This document shows positions 8,224 to 19,075 of a DNA stretch of 64,000 nucleotides, one piece after another (the stretch's first letter is position 1; every line of letters begins with the position of its first letter). The translations under genes and the position numbers were made by a program. The DNA comes from a virus. The notes under the pieces were generated by a model. The model worked only from the letters and a program-made list of their open reading frames with translations, was not told the origin of the DNA and did not search any database. Location: the IMG/VR virus record IMGVR_UViG_3300015371_000014, positions 16,354 through 80,353 of that record; one strand, given 5' to 3'.

Positions 8224-8729
8224 TGGCCTATCTAGAAACTCCCTTACAACGCAAGATCATTGAACTCCTCAACACTGACGCATTACTGACCTCTGCGTTC
8301 TTCGGTGGGATTTATCCCAGACTTCCCCGTGCAGGCAAAGGGGCCACCGCAACGCCTAATGCGTTCTATACCGATGCAGAAAACCCACTTCAATCTGGTA
8401 AACTGAAGCCAACCATCGCTGTGTTAGACGGCGATGACGTACCGGCTCCCGCTGGGGAAGTGCTGGGTGGGTACCAGTCATTCCCCTGGGTATACGCATA
8501 CGTCATCCCAGATGTAACGGGCGAAACGGCACTCGGGCACTTAGAACGTGTCCTGCGTACCAAGTTTCGGCGGGATCTCTCCTATCCCGTCTATGACGTA
8601 ACTGGGACGCAGATCATTGTTCTGAATCGCTCAGGGCTATTGGATGGCGAAGACGTTGGCTATCCGGATCGTCTCTGGACGAGATGGAGACTGCAAGCCT
8701 TAAGTATTCGCGTCCTCTCGCAGTTATAG
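8223..8729 (+). CDS. tail terminator (putative)
   Basis: Position after gp10-like gene; size. Confidence 0.55.
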   Translation: MAYLETPLQRKIIELLNTDALLTSAFFGGIYPRLPRAGKGATATPNAFYTDAENPLQSGKLKPTIAVLDGDDVPAPAGEVLGGYQSFPWVYAYVIPDVTGETALGHLERVLRTKFRRDLSYPVYDVTGTQIIVLNRSGLLDGEDVGYPDRLWTRWRLQALSIRVLSQL

Positions 8730-8740
8730 GAGCTAACACG

Positions 8741-9097
8741 ATGCCCAATACCAAAAAGGCGGATGCCTACTCCGCAGCGGAGATGAAGGAACACCGCCGC
8801 CGCCTAACCGCCAATGAGCGGCTAGAGGCTGGGGTCTGCTACGACCCGGCTCGCTGGCCGAACGAGTTCTTCCGGTGCAGTGAAACCGAACAGGCGTCAG
8901 CCCGTGGTGAGGTTTCGGTGTCCTGGGACGGCACGGTCGTGCAGGATCTCGCTTCCGGCAAGATCGAACTTCAGGACAGCACAGTTACCATTCGCCCTGA
9001 CACCACCGTCGTTCCGGTGACGCACGTTGCTGGTACCTCTGGCGCAGTCGCGCCGGTTGGGAACGTCAACGTGACGACCGAAGGGGCGCACCCGTAA
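8741..9097 (+). CDS. hypothetical protein
   Basis: AGGAG RBS before ATG 8741. Confidence 0.65.
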   Translation: MPNTKKADAYSAAEMKEHRRRLTANERLEAGVCYDPARWPNEFFRCSETEQASARGEVSVSWDGTVVQDLASGKIELQDSTVTIRPDTTVVPVTHVAGTSGAVAPVGNVNVTTEGAHP

Positions 9098-9504
9098 TGA
9101 CCGCGATCCACATTGACGACACGGTGGATATCGAGTACGTGGGCGACCCTCCCGTCATCGATGAAATCATGCGGTATCGGATGGCGGTAGGGGAACTTCC
9201 CCTGGACGCTGCGGCAGTACTGCGCGGGGCTGAAATGGATCGCTGCACCGCATTTCCAGAAGTGGACGTGCGGGTGATTGATCCAGAGTATTTCGGGACC
9301 AGTCGTCAGTACACCTTTGGACCGCACACCTTCGTCACTGCTGTCGAGCGGCAGGATGTGGACAAGATCCTGGGAAGTTCCTCTGGTCATCAGTTCCGTA
9401 TCGTTGGTGATCCAATGAACGATGTCGTTCTTCCTCGCCAGCCATTCCGGTTCGTGAATGATCTGGAAGTCAACCCAGCGCAGCTTCGGGCTGCGATCAG
9501 GTAA
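9097..9504 (+). CDS. hypothetical protein
   Basis: TAATG coupling at both ends. Confidence 0.65.
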   Translation: MTAIHIDDTVDIEYVGDPPVIDEIMRYRMAVGELPLDAAAVLRGAEMDRCTAFPEVDVRVIDPEYFGTSRQYTFGPHTFVTAVERQDVDKILGSSSGHQFRIVGDPMNDVVLPRQPFRFVNDLEVNPAQLRAAIR

Positions 9505-9716
9505 TGACTGGTCGTGGCTGGAAGAGGTGTCGTACCTCTGACAAGCCGAACGCTCTGAGGTTCGATATTCTGGAGGGTCGTTTTATCAGGTTGCGTGATC
9601 GCAGCGCAGACTGTCCGGTGCGGGGCAGGGCGTACGTGGTCATCGACATTCTGACTGGCAGGACGGTTCCAGAGCAGACGGATTACCGGGCGAAGGAATC
9701 GAACGGCCAAACCTAG
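9504..9716 (+). CDS. hypothetical protein
   Basis: Coupled start; fills the gap before the tail tube gene. Confidence 0.5.
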   Translation: MTGRGWKRCRTSDKPNALRFDILEGRFIRLRDRSADCPVRGRAYVVIDILTGRTVPEQTDYRAKESNGQT

Positions 9717-9725
9717 GAGAGAACG

Positions 9726-10259
9726 ATGCCGAACTATGGTGAAATTCCACGAGGTCTAGATGACCTCAAGGTCTACGTTCTGACCGCTGACACACCGGGT
9801 AGCTCCGTGGATGTCCCTGGCGCACAGGCGCTGGAATGGTCAGTTGAATCGGACTCCGACGAGCTACGCGGTGACAACTCCGCTATCGCCCTTGTCCGTA
9901 ACCCGAAGACGGTTTCTGGCACCATCCGCATCGCCAAGATCAACCTTGCCGCCATCGCGGCCATGGTCGGTGGTACGGTCGCGACCTCTGGCACGACCCC
10001 CAACGAGATCAAGGCGTTGGATGAGACTTCCGCCGCCCCGGCCCGGTACTTCCAGGTCGTTGGTCAGGCGGGTTCTCAGGATGCCAACGGCTCAGCCTAC
10101 CGGGTCACCATCTACAAATGCTTGGTGACAGGAGGTCCAAACGAGACGCTGACCATCGATGAGTGGTCTACGCCGGAATTCGAATTCGAAGCGATTGCCA
10201 ACCTCTCCGGTAACCTGCTGAAGAGACAGAACTACGAGACTGGCGTCGCCGTCACATAA
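9726..10259 (+). CDS. major tail (tube) protein
   Basis: GLDDLKVY..ELRGDN..YRVTIYKC..EFEFEA, siphovirus tube pattern; upstream of chaperones and tape measure. Confidence 0.8.
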   Translation: MPNYGEIPRGLDDLKVYVLTADTPGSSVDVPGAQALEWSVESDSDELRGDNSAIALVRNPKTVSGTIRIAKINLAAIAAMVGGTVATSGTTPNEIKALDETSAAPARYFQVVGQAGSQDANGSAYRVTIYKCLVTGGPNETLTIDEWSTPEFEFEAIANLSGNLLKRQNYETGVAVT

Positions 10260-10331
10260 CCCTGGCTCTGATCGGCGGGGTGGTCCCGTCGCGAGCGCAT
10301 ATCGCGGGAAACCGCAAGGAGCGCATCTCTC

Positions 10332-10931
10332 ATGTCCGACGTTATTCAGATCAACCCGTCTCTGGGTGCCAACGGCGCACAGCCTGAGGCCCCAGAGAAG
10401 GCCCCCTACATCGATGTCGTGGTGGAAACGGTGAATTCTGCCGATGACATCAGCTACCTGACGATGGGACCAAAGAAACTTTCGGGTTCCATCTTCGCGG
10501 GGAGAACGGCGGAAGAAGCCTATCCGGTTATCCCCTTCAAGCTCGTGCAAACCTCAATCCGCGAACAGCAGCAGTTGATGGCGGATGTCCGCATCATCAA
10601 CCTGACTGACCGCACCATCCTCGACATGCAGCCCCACAAGGTGCGCGAGCTTATCGACCGGCTCTTCTTCAACACCAACACCTCTCCGGTCAAAGTCACC
10701 GGCAAACAGCGCACCAACCAGAACCTCGATAGGCTGAAGGAGATCTGCTACGCCTATGGCTGCGCCGGTTTCGTCAGTCCGAAGCTGGTCTTGAGCCAGA
10801 CCGAAGAGGATCTGGAGAACGACATTCTCTGGGTAGGCCGTATTGCGCTCGCAGACCTGCACGAGTTCTGGCGCATTTGTGAAGGAGCAGACGACCTCGC
10901 AGCGCGACGGTTGGAAGGGTTTTCTGAGTAA
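10332..10931 (+). CDS. tail assembly chaperone (gpG-like)
   Basis: Between tube and tape measure genes; GGGTTTT near the 3' end. Confidence 0.7.
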   Translation: MSDVIQINPSLGANGAQPEAPEKAPYIDVVVETVNSADDISYLTMGPKKLSGSIFAGRTAEEAYPVIPFKLVQTSIREQQQLMADVRIINLTDRTILDMQPHKVRELIDRLFFNTNTSPVKVTGKQRTNQNLDRLKEICYAYGCAGFVSPKLVLSQTEEDLENDILWVGRIALADLHEFWRICEGADDLAARRLEGFSE

Positions 10932-11316
10932 TCGCTACGAGCTATTCCTGCTCTGCGAACGCTGCAAGATCTTTTCCAATATGTCGCCATCCACGGCTGC
11001 GGGACTGTATCTCCAGTTCCCGCCCTGGATATGCCTGGAGATCGACAAGGGACTCGCTCAATACGTGCGCTGGTATGAAGGGCGCATGGAGGCCACAGAG
11101 AAGTCTGGCAAGTACAAGACCAGACCGAAATTCAAGACCCTGGCTGATGTCCTGGGGATTAACGAGCAGAAGGCTCGCGGTGGAATGAGTGGAGCCGATC
11201 TGAAAGACGTTTCCGGCGATTACAAACAAGCCGTGATCGCCGCCGCGAGACAGGGTCTTCCGGCACCGGATATCAACGAATTCTTAGCAAAGCGCAATCA
11301 ACCGCTAGAGAGTTGA
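10918..11316 (+). CDS. tail assembly chaperone extension (gpT-like), probably reached by frameshift
   Basis: Open in the +1 frame across the end of gpG; no RBS before its internal ATG. Confidence 0.6.
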   Translation, partial: GFLSNRYELFLLCERCKIFSNMSPSTAAGLYLQFPPWICLEIDKGLAQYVRWYEGRMEATEKSGKYKTRPKFKTLADVLGINEQKARGGMSGADLKDVSGDYKQAVIAAARQGLPAPDINEFLAKRNQPLES

Positions 11317-11326
11317 CAGGTGTCAA
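11313..11326. repeat. 14-bp palindrome
   Basis: TTGACAGGTGTCAA immediately before the tape measure ATG. Confidence 0.9.
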
Positions 11327-14300
11327 ATGTGGCTCGACGGAGGCGGGGCTAGTCTAGGAACAGCCGAAGGCCGTATCACCATTGATGTGTCTCAGGCGCA
11401 GTCTGCCCTGGGATCTCTGGGGAGCGACCTGAGCGCGTTCGATTCGAAAGCCGCCTCTGTCGGGTCCACCACCAATCAATTCACCCAGTCCACCGTTGGC
11501 CTAGCCCAGGGCATGCAGAATGTCGGGCGTGCTACCGCTGCCCTGGGTGCTGGTATCTCTGCTCCCTTCATTCTGGCAACCAATTCCGCAATGGACATGG
11601 AACAGCAGATGGCGAACGTCAATGCTGTGATGGACATCAATGCGGAGCAATACCAACAACTCTCCGATCTGGCCCAACAACTTGGTAAAGACACGGCATT
11701 TACCGGCACGCAGGCTGCTCAAGGCATTGAGGAGCTAGGTAAGGCCGGTATCGACTTTGAAGACATCATGGCCGGGGCGGCAGCTGCCGCTGTGGACCTT
11801 GCTGCCGCTGGTGGGGTCGATGTGCCAAAAGCTGCCGATACGATGGCAGCGGCCATGCAAGCCTTTGATGTTTCGGGGTCGGATGCAGCACGCGTGGCTG
11901 ACGTGCTGGCCGGTGCTGCCAACGCTTCCCTCTCTGATGTCAACCAGTTAGGAATCGGCCTGGGTCAGGTCGGTGGTGTGGCCGATGCGGCAGGAATGTC
12001 GCTGGAAGAAACTGCCACCTTCATGGCCGTAATGGCGAACAACGGTATCCGTGGTTCTGACGCTGCCACCTCGATGAAGAACGCCATCCTGTCAATGTTG
12101 GCCCCCACCGACAAAGCTCAGGAAATCATGGACAACATGGGCGTTTCGGTTCTGGATGCTTCTCATAACTTCAAGGGTCTGGAGGGTGTCTCGCGAGACT
12201 TCTTTGAGGTCTGGAAAGACTCCGGTCAGACCATGGAGCAGTTCCTCGATCCCCTCACCAAGGTGCTAGGCCGGGATGCCGTCCGCTCCATTCTGTTCGG
12301 TATGAAGGCGATTCAGGACGAGCAAGATGGACTTGATTCTGGTTGGAGTCAGATGGAGGATCAGGTCACCAAGGTTGGCTCAGCGCATGAGATTGCTGCT
12401 GAGCGGATGGACTCCACCGCTGGCTCAATCGAGAAACTCAAAGGCTCCCTGGACGTGCTTGGCGCGGCCATGGGTCAGATGAACCTGGATATCATCCGTG
12501 GTCCCATTGACGCCCTGACAGAATTCGTCAACAAAGTGGCAGAGCTTCCCCCGCCCCTGCTGGGGCTGGTTGGCACCATTGGCACCATTACCGGAGCGGT
12601 CGTCACCCTGGGTGGCGCATTCCTGGTCGTTGGCGGCTACGTCTTGGAGGCTGTGGCTCGCTTCGGAGCCATGGGGATCTCGCTCGGAGAGATTGCTGGC
12701 ATCGTCGCCAGGATCGTGGTTGGTCTTGGCCTGTTCGGTGTGGCTGTCGCTGCCGTGGCTCTGGCAATCAATACGAACTTCCTGGGTGCCCGTGATGCTA
12801 TCGAGGCAGTCGGCAACGCCATCCAAGACCTGATCGATAAATTCAACCTCTTCTTCAACATCGGCAAGGCAGAGGCAGGGGACCAAGGTCCACAAGGGAA
12901 GGGGTTCTTCTCCGAACTCGCCAAGAACATCTCTGCGGTTGGTCGAGCTATCGATGCTACCACTGGACTCGATGTCTCTGGCTTCTTCGATCAAATCGCT
13001 GAAGGCGCGGATGTGCTTGATCGGTGGCGGGTGGGTCTGTCTCACGCTGCCGACATGATGAAGATCTACACCGATGACTCCAAGCGCATGACGGGAGCCG
13101 GGAAGACCATCGAGGCTCTGGGAAAGACCATCGATAAGATCTTCGGCACGGATGTCTCTGGTGCATTCCGCACTGCTGCTATTGGCGCGGATGCCTTTGG
13201 TCAGGCAATGCAGATCTTTGCTGCTGATGGTACCCTGGAGGGACTCCCCCGCCTCCTAGAATCCGTCTCTATCGCCCTTGAAGCGATGTTTGGCGACAAT
13301 GCGTTCTCTGATGCTCTGAGCGAGATGTCTGCCAATGTCAAGAGCGTCCAAGACGCGTACCAGAGCGCTTTGAGTAACGGACTGAATCCGTTTGAAGCCG
13401 CTATGCGAGGCTTGGGGGTTGCGGCCCAGATCGCGGGGTTTAATGGTCTTGCTGATGCTATCGATCATGGCACGAACACCCTGATCGATTTCGGTAATGC
13501 CTTTCAGACTGCCCAGCAAGCGATTGCTCAAAAGGGAATCACTGGTCTGCCGAATGCCATCCTGGCGCTCAATGACGCCATGGAGCAGACCATTGGAATT
13601 GGCCTACCTGACTTCCTAATCACTGCTGCTGATGCTATGGCGGCATTCCAGACCGCGATGAGTAATGGTCTGGAGCAGGGACTCAATCCGTTCCAAGCCG
13701 CGCTCAAGGGTGTGGGCGCGGCAATTGGTTCTGTCTTCGGTCCTGAAGCTCGCGCCAACTTCTTCGCCTTTGTGGACGTGATGGGCCAGCTTGGTGACGC
13801 TGTTCAAGGGCTTGTCTCACAGGGCGTGGATCGCGTTGGACAGATGTTCTCTGAGATCGGTACTGCGCTCTCTCAGGGAGATCTGTCAGGTGCGCTTGAT
13901 GCAGTCAAGAGTCTTCTCGCTGATATCGGCACAGAACTCCAGAAGGCTGGTCAAGCGGCCCTGGAATGGGCAATCAATATCGGCGTCCCTGAACTGACTG
14001 GATGGGCGAAAGATCAAGCTGGCAGGGTCGGGGAGTGGATCAAAGAGAAGTTAGGACTGGCGGCTGGATTTGCCGGTCAAGTTCTGGGTCAAGTTCAGGG
14101 TTGGATTATCGAGGTTGGTCTGCCGCAACTCGATGGTGCTGTACGAGATCTTGTTGGCACGATCAGACAAGAGCTTGATAAGTTCATCCCTAAGGCTGGC
14201 GAGGTTCTTGGGAACGTCGCTGGCTGGGTGATCGAAGTTGGTATTCCTGCAATCAAGGCCGCAGCTGGGGAAGCGGGATCGATTAAGGATCAGGTGATTG

Positions 14301-17300
14301 CCTGGGTCGGTGAGCAGATCGTCTTCCCTGATATCTCTGAACTTCCCGATATCCACACCAAGGTAGAAGCATTCGCCAACGATCTGGGTCAGAACCTTGC
14401 TCAGCTTCTCGCTGACGCCATGGCAACGATTCGAGCCGCACTCTTTGGGGGTGGCGCTGCCGGTGGCGGTACGGGTGGTGGACTGACGAATATTGCCAAG
14501 GGAGAAAACGCGGGACTCTTCAATGGGGTTGAGGCTGATGCTAGGCAACTCGCTGGCACCATTATCGATGGCTTCCTCCGTGGCTTGGCAGCTGGGTTTG
14601 CTGAAGGCGTTGGACAGGATAATGTTGCCACCTTTATTTCTTCCGGCGATTTCGAACCCCTGAAGGCACAGATCCTGAAGGCGCTGGGAGACTTCGCCAG
14701 GACTATCCCTGGCGATCTCGAAGAACTCGTAAACAACACCAAGACAGAGCTTGGCAACATCGTGGCCGGGTTGCTGGATATCGGTTCCTGGTTGGCTGAG
14801 TCAGATGCCCATGGTCCCGTGGGTCTTGGTGGCGCTCCCGGCCAGGGCCTTTCTCGGGGTGCGGTCGATATCCAGCAACCCTTAGAGGAAATGTTCGCAG
14901 GCATCGTGGACGCGGTGAAGACCGCCGCTGCTGGTCTGGGGGATAAGATCCTGGCGGTCTTGCCGGATCCCTTCGCCGGAATTGGCTCATTCCTACAAGA
15001 GAAGGCTGATGGCGCAGCAATCCTTATTCAGGGTGCTTCAGACACTGTCACCAAGGCCCTGAATGATCTCTTGTTGGGTATTCAGGAAGTCTTTGGAACA
15101 GCGAGTGGTGGTGGTGGTGGTGGGGCTGCTCCGAATGCTGTCCCCATTGGGAAGGGTGTCACTGAAAATGTTATGGGCCAGTATGCCGATGGGGCCGTCC
15201 AGGGTGTGGACGAAGGCGCAACCACCCTCCAAGACCGGGTCGGAGCGGCAGCAGCGGCAGCAATTGACCTTACTGGAAACTTCCTCCCGATTGGCCCACT
15301 CCTAGAGAGCGCTCTTCAATCCACTGGTGCGGAAGCGGCTCCAGCCGTTGAAGATGGGTTCTCGCCATTTATCGATGGGGCGACGGCTGCAACGGCCACC
15401 CAGATCGAAACAGCAGGATCTCAGATCACGCAGGCAGCGGCTGATGCCGCACCCGGTTCTGTGGAGGGCATTGGCGCAACGCTTGACTCTGCTCTGGCGA
15501 CGGCAGTTGATGGCATCACCCTTCAGGCCCTCGCAGAGGCGATTGGAGCCAAGATCGGTGATGCGGTAGTGGCTGGTCTAGCTTCTGCCTCTGGGGGAGA
15601 GGCACAGGCTGGTCTTTCTGCTGGGGCAGGAGCTTCCGCTAACATCGGTACTCAGATCGCCAGCGCCCTTGTTTCCTCGATTCAGGGAGCCGACTTCTCT
15701 GCGGTCGGCACCGCGATCTCTGGCAAGATCTCCGAAGCACTCTCCGCTGGATTTAGTCAGGCCGAAGCAACTGGCCCCTCCACGGCTGGTATCGATATCG
15801 GCTCTCAGATCGCCCTTGCTCTGGCCGGGGCAATCACGAACTCTGACTTCACGGTTGTCTCTCAGGCGATTCAACAGAAGATCGGCCAGAGCCTCTCTGG
15901 TGGCACGGGAGGTACTCAACAGACCACCGATACCTCTGCTGCCGCAGGAGAGGGTGCAACGATTGGAGCTTCGATTGCCGCCACGCTGGCGAACTCCATC
16001 CTGGGATCTGACTTCTCCGTGGTGGGACAGGCGATCAACCAGAAGATCTCCGAAGCGGTTACCGCCGCCACAACTGGAGGAGCGACCGCTGGTCTTGGTG
16101 GCGCTCCTGGTCAGGGTGGTGGTGGCGGGGGTGACGTTGCTGCTGGGATCGTTGCCAACATCATCAGTCAATTCCAATCCGCGAACTACACCCCCATCGG
16201 CGTGGCACTGGCAAACGGTATCAGTGCTGCGGTCCAGGGCACCCTAGGGAACGTCCAGGGATCTATCGGTACGGCCATTGGTCAGGTGATCGAGTCAGCC
16301 TCTGCTGCTGCCGAATCCGCCAACAGCGTTGGGGTGATCTTCGATGAGGCCCTGGCAGGAGGCATTACCTCAAGCTCTGGCGTGATCGACATGGCCGGAA
16401 CTGCCGCAATGACTACTGCGGTGACTTCCGCCACAGCCATTGCCTCTGCTTCTCAAACAGTCGGTACGGCATTCACGACGGCTGTAGGAGCCGGGATTGG
16501 TGCTGGGACTGGCACGCTGACCAGCGCGGCCAGTGCGGCCATGACTTCCACCACATCCGCCGCCACCGGCATCGCCAGTGCGGCGGGGACAGTCGGTGAG
16601 GCATTCGATACCGCTGTTGGAGCAGGGATCGGTGGTGGTGCTGGAACGGTGATTGCGGCTGCTGAAGCGGTGATCAATTCTGCTGTGGCGGCAGCAAGTG
16701 CCATCGCGACCTCCGCTGGGGGATCGATTGGTGCGGCCCTCGATCAAGGTATCGCTTCTGGTATCGGTCAGAACGCTGGTGTCGTTACCGCCGCAGCGGA
16801 AGCGGTTGTGAACGCAGCGGTGGCCGCAGCGGCTGGAGCCGCAGAAACCGGATCCCCATCGAAGGTGATGATTCGCGAGATCGGCATCCCGATGGGTGAA
16901 GGTATCGCGGTTGGTCTTAATAAGGCTGGACCCAAAGTCGAGAGTTCGATGAAAAAGCTCGTCAGGAGGGTCGTTGATAGCATTAAGGACATATCACCCG
17001 TTATCGACGAAATCAACGCGCTAGGGGCGCGTTTTGAGCCTCTGGCGGGCCTCTCCAGTATTGGTAGTGACCTGACAGGTATTGCCTCCTCGATCCAGGG
17101 CAAGATCGACTCCGTGAAAGACTCGATGAAGTCGATCATGGATGCGGCCAAGGATTCCCTGCGGGAGGGCAAGAAGAAGATCAAGGATGACTCCACGGCG
17201 TTTGGGGACTCCGCGACCTCTGGCTTCTCTGATGTCCTCAAAGCCAAGAAAGACATGCTCAAGGCGGCGAAGAAAGACACCCTGTCCGGTGTTCTCGATC

Positions 17301-19075
17301 TCCAGAGCATCTCTGAGGATATTGGTGGCTTGCGGGATGCCGCGAATCAGATTGGGACGTTCGGAGGGATCAACGATTTCGAAGAGCAGATCACCGGCAT
17401 GGCGGATACGCTGGAGACGGAGCAACAGAACGCCATCCAAGATGCCCTCCATCTCTTTGACAGCCTGGATCAGCAACTCGAGAAATCCAAGAAGCGACAT
17501 CGGAGCAAGGGTCGCGAATCCGGTAAGGAGATCGGGGATGGCCTTTCAGAAGGCATGGCTGACTCAACTTCTTCTATCGAGAGCGCCACTCAGGCCCTGG
17601 GAGACACAGCGGTTACCAGCCTGAATGCCAACCTCTCCCGCCTCCCAGAGATGGCGCAGGCTATTGGAGAAGCGACCGGACAAGGGTTGTCTACTGGGAT
17701 GGAAAGCGCCATGCCAGCTGTTGGCAACACGGCGCAGGATCTGGGTGATTCTGTTTCGAGCGGTATGGACGCCGCCTCCCCTGGGATGACAACCTCCGCG
17801 AGTGACGCCACTCAGCAATTCATCGATGCGGTGAACAAGAACCTCTCCAGTGCCGTGCCGGGAGCGGAGAAGATCGGCAGCGACCTGGGCACTGCAGTTT
17901 CGGATGGCACCACCAAAGAGATTGCCACGAGCGATATCTCTAGCTCGATCAATACGTTCGTGAATTCCCTGATCCAGTCAGCCCAGTCTCGCGTTGGTCA
18001 GGTGACGAACACCGGAACGCAAGTCGGGAATGCGTTTGCGGATGGCGTGTCAGCCGCTGACCCAACCAGCGAAGGCAAGAGCCTGATCGATGAGGCCACC
18101 CGTGGCATTACCAGTGGTATTCCGAATGCCACCAGTACGGCTGAGAACGCAGGCCAGGATATCGGTGGGGCAGTTACCAACGGGGTTGAGGATGCCTGTA
18201 AGCCCACCAATACCGCTGCGGCTGATCTCACTAACTCCTGTATCCCCCAGGGTATTGATAGCGGCGTTGGTACGGCTACCCAGTCTGCGAAGAAAGCTGG
18301 CGACTCGATTACGGATTCCCTGAAGCAAGGTCTTGATGGCAAGAAGGGTCAGGTCCAGAACGCCTTTGACTCTGCCGGTAAAGACTTCGGGGCCAAGCTG
18401 GCATCCTCGATCACCAGCAAGACAACAGAGAATAAGAATGCGGTGACTGGCCTCACTGGAGCGATTGGTGGGATCAACGCCAGTGGCGAAGGAAACAAGG
18501 TTGGTTCCAGCTTCGGTCAGGGTCTGGCGGATGGCATTCGGAGCAAGAAGGCCGACATCGAGAGCGCAGCCAGGGAAGTGGTGAAGAATGCTGAGGATGC
18601 TGCCAATGATGAATCGAAATCCAAATCCCCCTCGCTGGTCTGGATGGAGCTTGGCCTCAATCTGATGGCGGGTCTGGAGAATGGTATCAACGATGGAGCC
18701 AGGGGTGTTGAGGCAGCGATTGTTTCCTCGACGCGAAGCTTCGCTGATGCCATGAACAGCACCAGCCTGAACGCTGCCACAAACAACTTCAATAACCGCA
18801 TGGACGATGTGGTTCTCACGACCAAGAAGGCCCTGAAAGACATCGAGGCATCGACAGAGAACTCAAGCCTGCGAGACTTCTTCGATGCTGAATCGCGTAA
18901 GAAGCAAGCGTTGAGCAGTCCTGCGGCTCCTGTTGCTGCACCCAGCAAGAGCGAGAAGCCAAGTGTGGCAATTGGCACGATCTCGATTGATGCCAGCAGC
19001 CCGGTGGGACAAGCTATCCTGAATGCGACAGATCTCCTGCAGGCCACGACGGGCCAGTACACAAGGAAGTTCTAG
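11327..19075 (+). CDS. tape measure protein (2582 aa)
   Basis: TP901-type core (LGKDTAFTGTQAAQGIEELGKAG..GIRGSDAATSMK), hydrophobic segments, Ala/Gly repeats, SPSK/SPSL motifs. Confidence 0.95.
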   Translation: MWLDGGGASLGTAEGRITIDVSQAQSALGSLGSDLSAFDSKAASVGSTTNQFTQSTVGLAQGMQNVGRATAALGAGISAPFILATNSAMDMEQQMANVNAVMDINAEQYQQLSDLAQQLGKDTAFTGTQAAQGIEELGKAGIDFEDIMAGAAAAAVDLAAAGGVDVPKAADTMAAAMQAFDVSGSDAARVADVLAGAANASLSDVNQLGIGLGQVGGVADAAGMSLEETATFMAVMANNGIRGSDAATSMKNAILSMLAPTDKAQEIMDNMGVSVLDASHNFKGLEGVSRDFFEVWKDSGQTMEQFLDPLTKVLGRDAVRSILFGMKAIQDEQDGLDSGWSQMEDQVTKVGSAHEIAAERMDSTAGSIEKLKGSLDVLGAAMGQMNLDIIRGPIDALTEFVNKVAELPPPLLGLVGTIGTITGAVVTLGGAFLVVGGYVLEAVARFGAMGISLGEIAGIVARIVVGLGLFGVAVAAVALAINTNFLGARDAIEAVGNAIQDLIDKFNLFFNIGKAEAGDQGPQGKGFFSELAKNISAVGRAIDATTGLDVSGFFDQIAEGADVLDRWRVGLSHAADMMKIYTDDSKRMTGAGKTIEALGKTIDKIFGTDVSGAFRTAAIGADAFGQAMQIFAADGTLEGLPRLLESVSIALEAMFGDNAFSDALSEMSANVKSVQDAYQSALSNGLNPFEAAMRGLGVAAQIAGFNGLADAIDHGTNTLIDFGNAFQTAQQAIAQKGITGLPNAILALNDAMEQTIGIGLPDFLITAADAMAAFQTAMSNGLEQGLNPFQAALKGVGAAIGSVFGPEARANFFAFVDVMGQLGDAVQGLVSQGVDRVGQMFSEIGTALSQGDLSGALDAVKSLLADIGTELQKAGQAALEWAINIGVPELTGWAKDQAGRVGEWIKEKLGLAAGFAGQVLGQVQGWIIEVGLPQLDGAVRDLVGTIRQELDKFIPKAGEVLGNVAGWVIEVGIPAIKAAAGEAGSIKDQVIAWVGEQIVFPDISELPDIHTKVEAFANDLGQNLAQLLADAMATIRAALFGGGAAGGGTGGGLTNIAKGENAGLFNGVEADARQLAGTIIDGFLRGLAAGFAEGVGQDNVATFISSGDFEPLKAQILKALGDFARTIPGDLEELVNNTKTELGNIVAGLLDIGSWLAESDAHGPVGLGGAPGQGLSRGAVDIQQPLEEMFAGIVDAVKTAAAGLGDKILAVLPDPFAGIGSFLQEKADGAAILIQGASDTVTKALNDLLLGIQEVFGTASGGGGGGAAPNAVPIGKGVTENVMGQYADGAVQGVDEGATTLQDRVGAAAAAAIDLTGNFLPIGPLLESALQSTGAEAAPAVEDGFSPFIDGATAATATQIETAGSQITQAAADAAPGSVEGIGATLDSALATAVDGITLQALAEAIGAKIGDAVVAGLASASGGEAQAGLSAGAGASANIGTQIASALVSSIQGADFSAVGTAISGKISEALSAGFSQAEATGPSTAGIDIGSQIALALAGAITNSDFTVVSQAIQQKIGQSLSGGTGGTQQTTDTSAAAGEGATIGASIAATLANSILGSDFSVVGQAINQKISEAVTAATTGGATAGLGGAPGQGGGGGGDVAAGIVANIISQFQSANYTPIGVALANGISAAVQGTLGNVQGSIGTAIGQVIESASAAAESANSVGVIFDEALAGGITSSSGVIDMAGTAAMTTAVTSATAIASASQTVGTAFTTAVGAGIGAGTGTLTSAASAAMTSTTSAATGIASAAGTVGEAFDTAVGAGIGGGAGTVIAAAEAVINSAVAAASAIATSAGGSIGAALDQGIASGIGQNAGVVTAAAEAVVNAAVAAAAGAAETGSPSKVMIREIGIPMGEGIAVGLNKAGPKVESSMKKLVRRVVDSIKDISPVIDEINALGARFEPLAGLSSIGSDLTGIASSIQGKIDSVKDSMKSIMDAAKDSLREGKKKIKDDSTAFGDSATSGFSDVLKAKKDMLKAAKKDTLSGVLDLQSISEDIGGLRDAANQIGTFGGINDFEEQITGMADTLETEQQNAIQDALHLFDSLDQQLEKSKKRHRSKGRESGKEIGDGLSEGMADSTSSIESATQALGDTAVTSLNANLSRLPEMAQAIGEATGQGLSTGMESAMPAVGNTAQDLGDSVSSGMDAASPGMTTSASDATQQFIDAVNKNLSSAVPGAEKIGSDLGTAVSDGTTKEIATSDISSSINTFVNSLIQSAQSRVGQVTNTGTQVGNAFADGVSAADPTSEGKSLIDEATRGITSGIPNATSTAENAGQDIGGAVTNGVEDACKPTNTAAADLTNSCIPQGIDSGVGTATQSAKKAGDSITDSLKQGLDGKKGQVQNAFDSAGKDFGAKLASSITSKTTENKNAVTGLTGAIGGINASGEGNKVGSSFGQGLADGIRSKKADIESAAREVVKNAEDAANDESKSKSPSLVWMELGLNLMAGLENGINDGARGVEAAIVSSTRSFADAMNSTSLNAATNNFNNRMDDVVLTTKKALKDIEASTENSSLRDFFDAESRKKQALSSPAAPVAAPSKSEKPSVAIGTISIDASSPVGQAILNATDLLQATTGQYTRKF

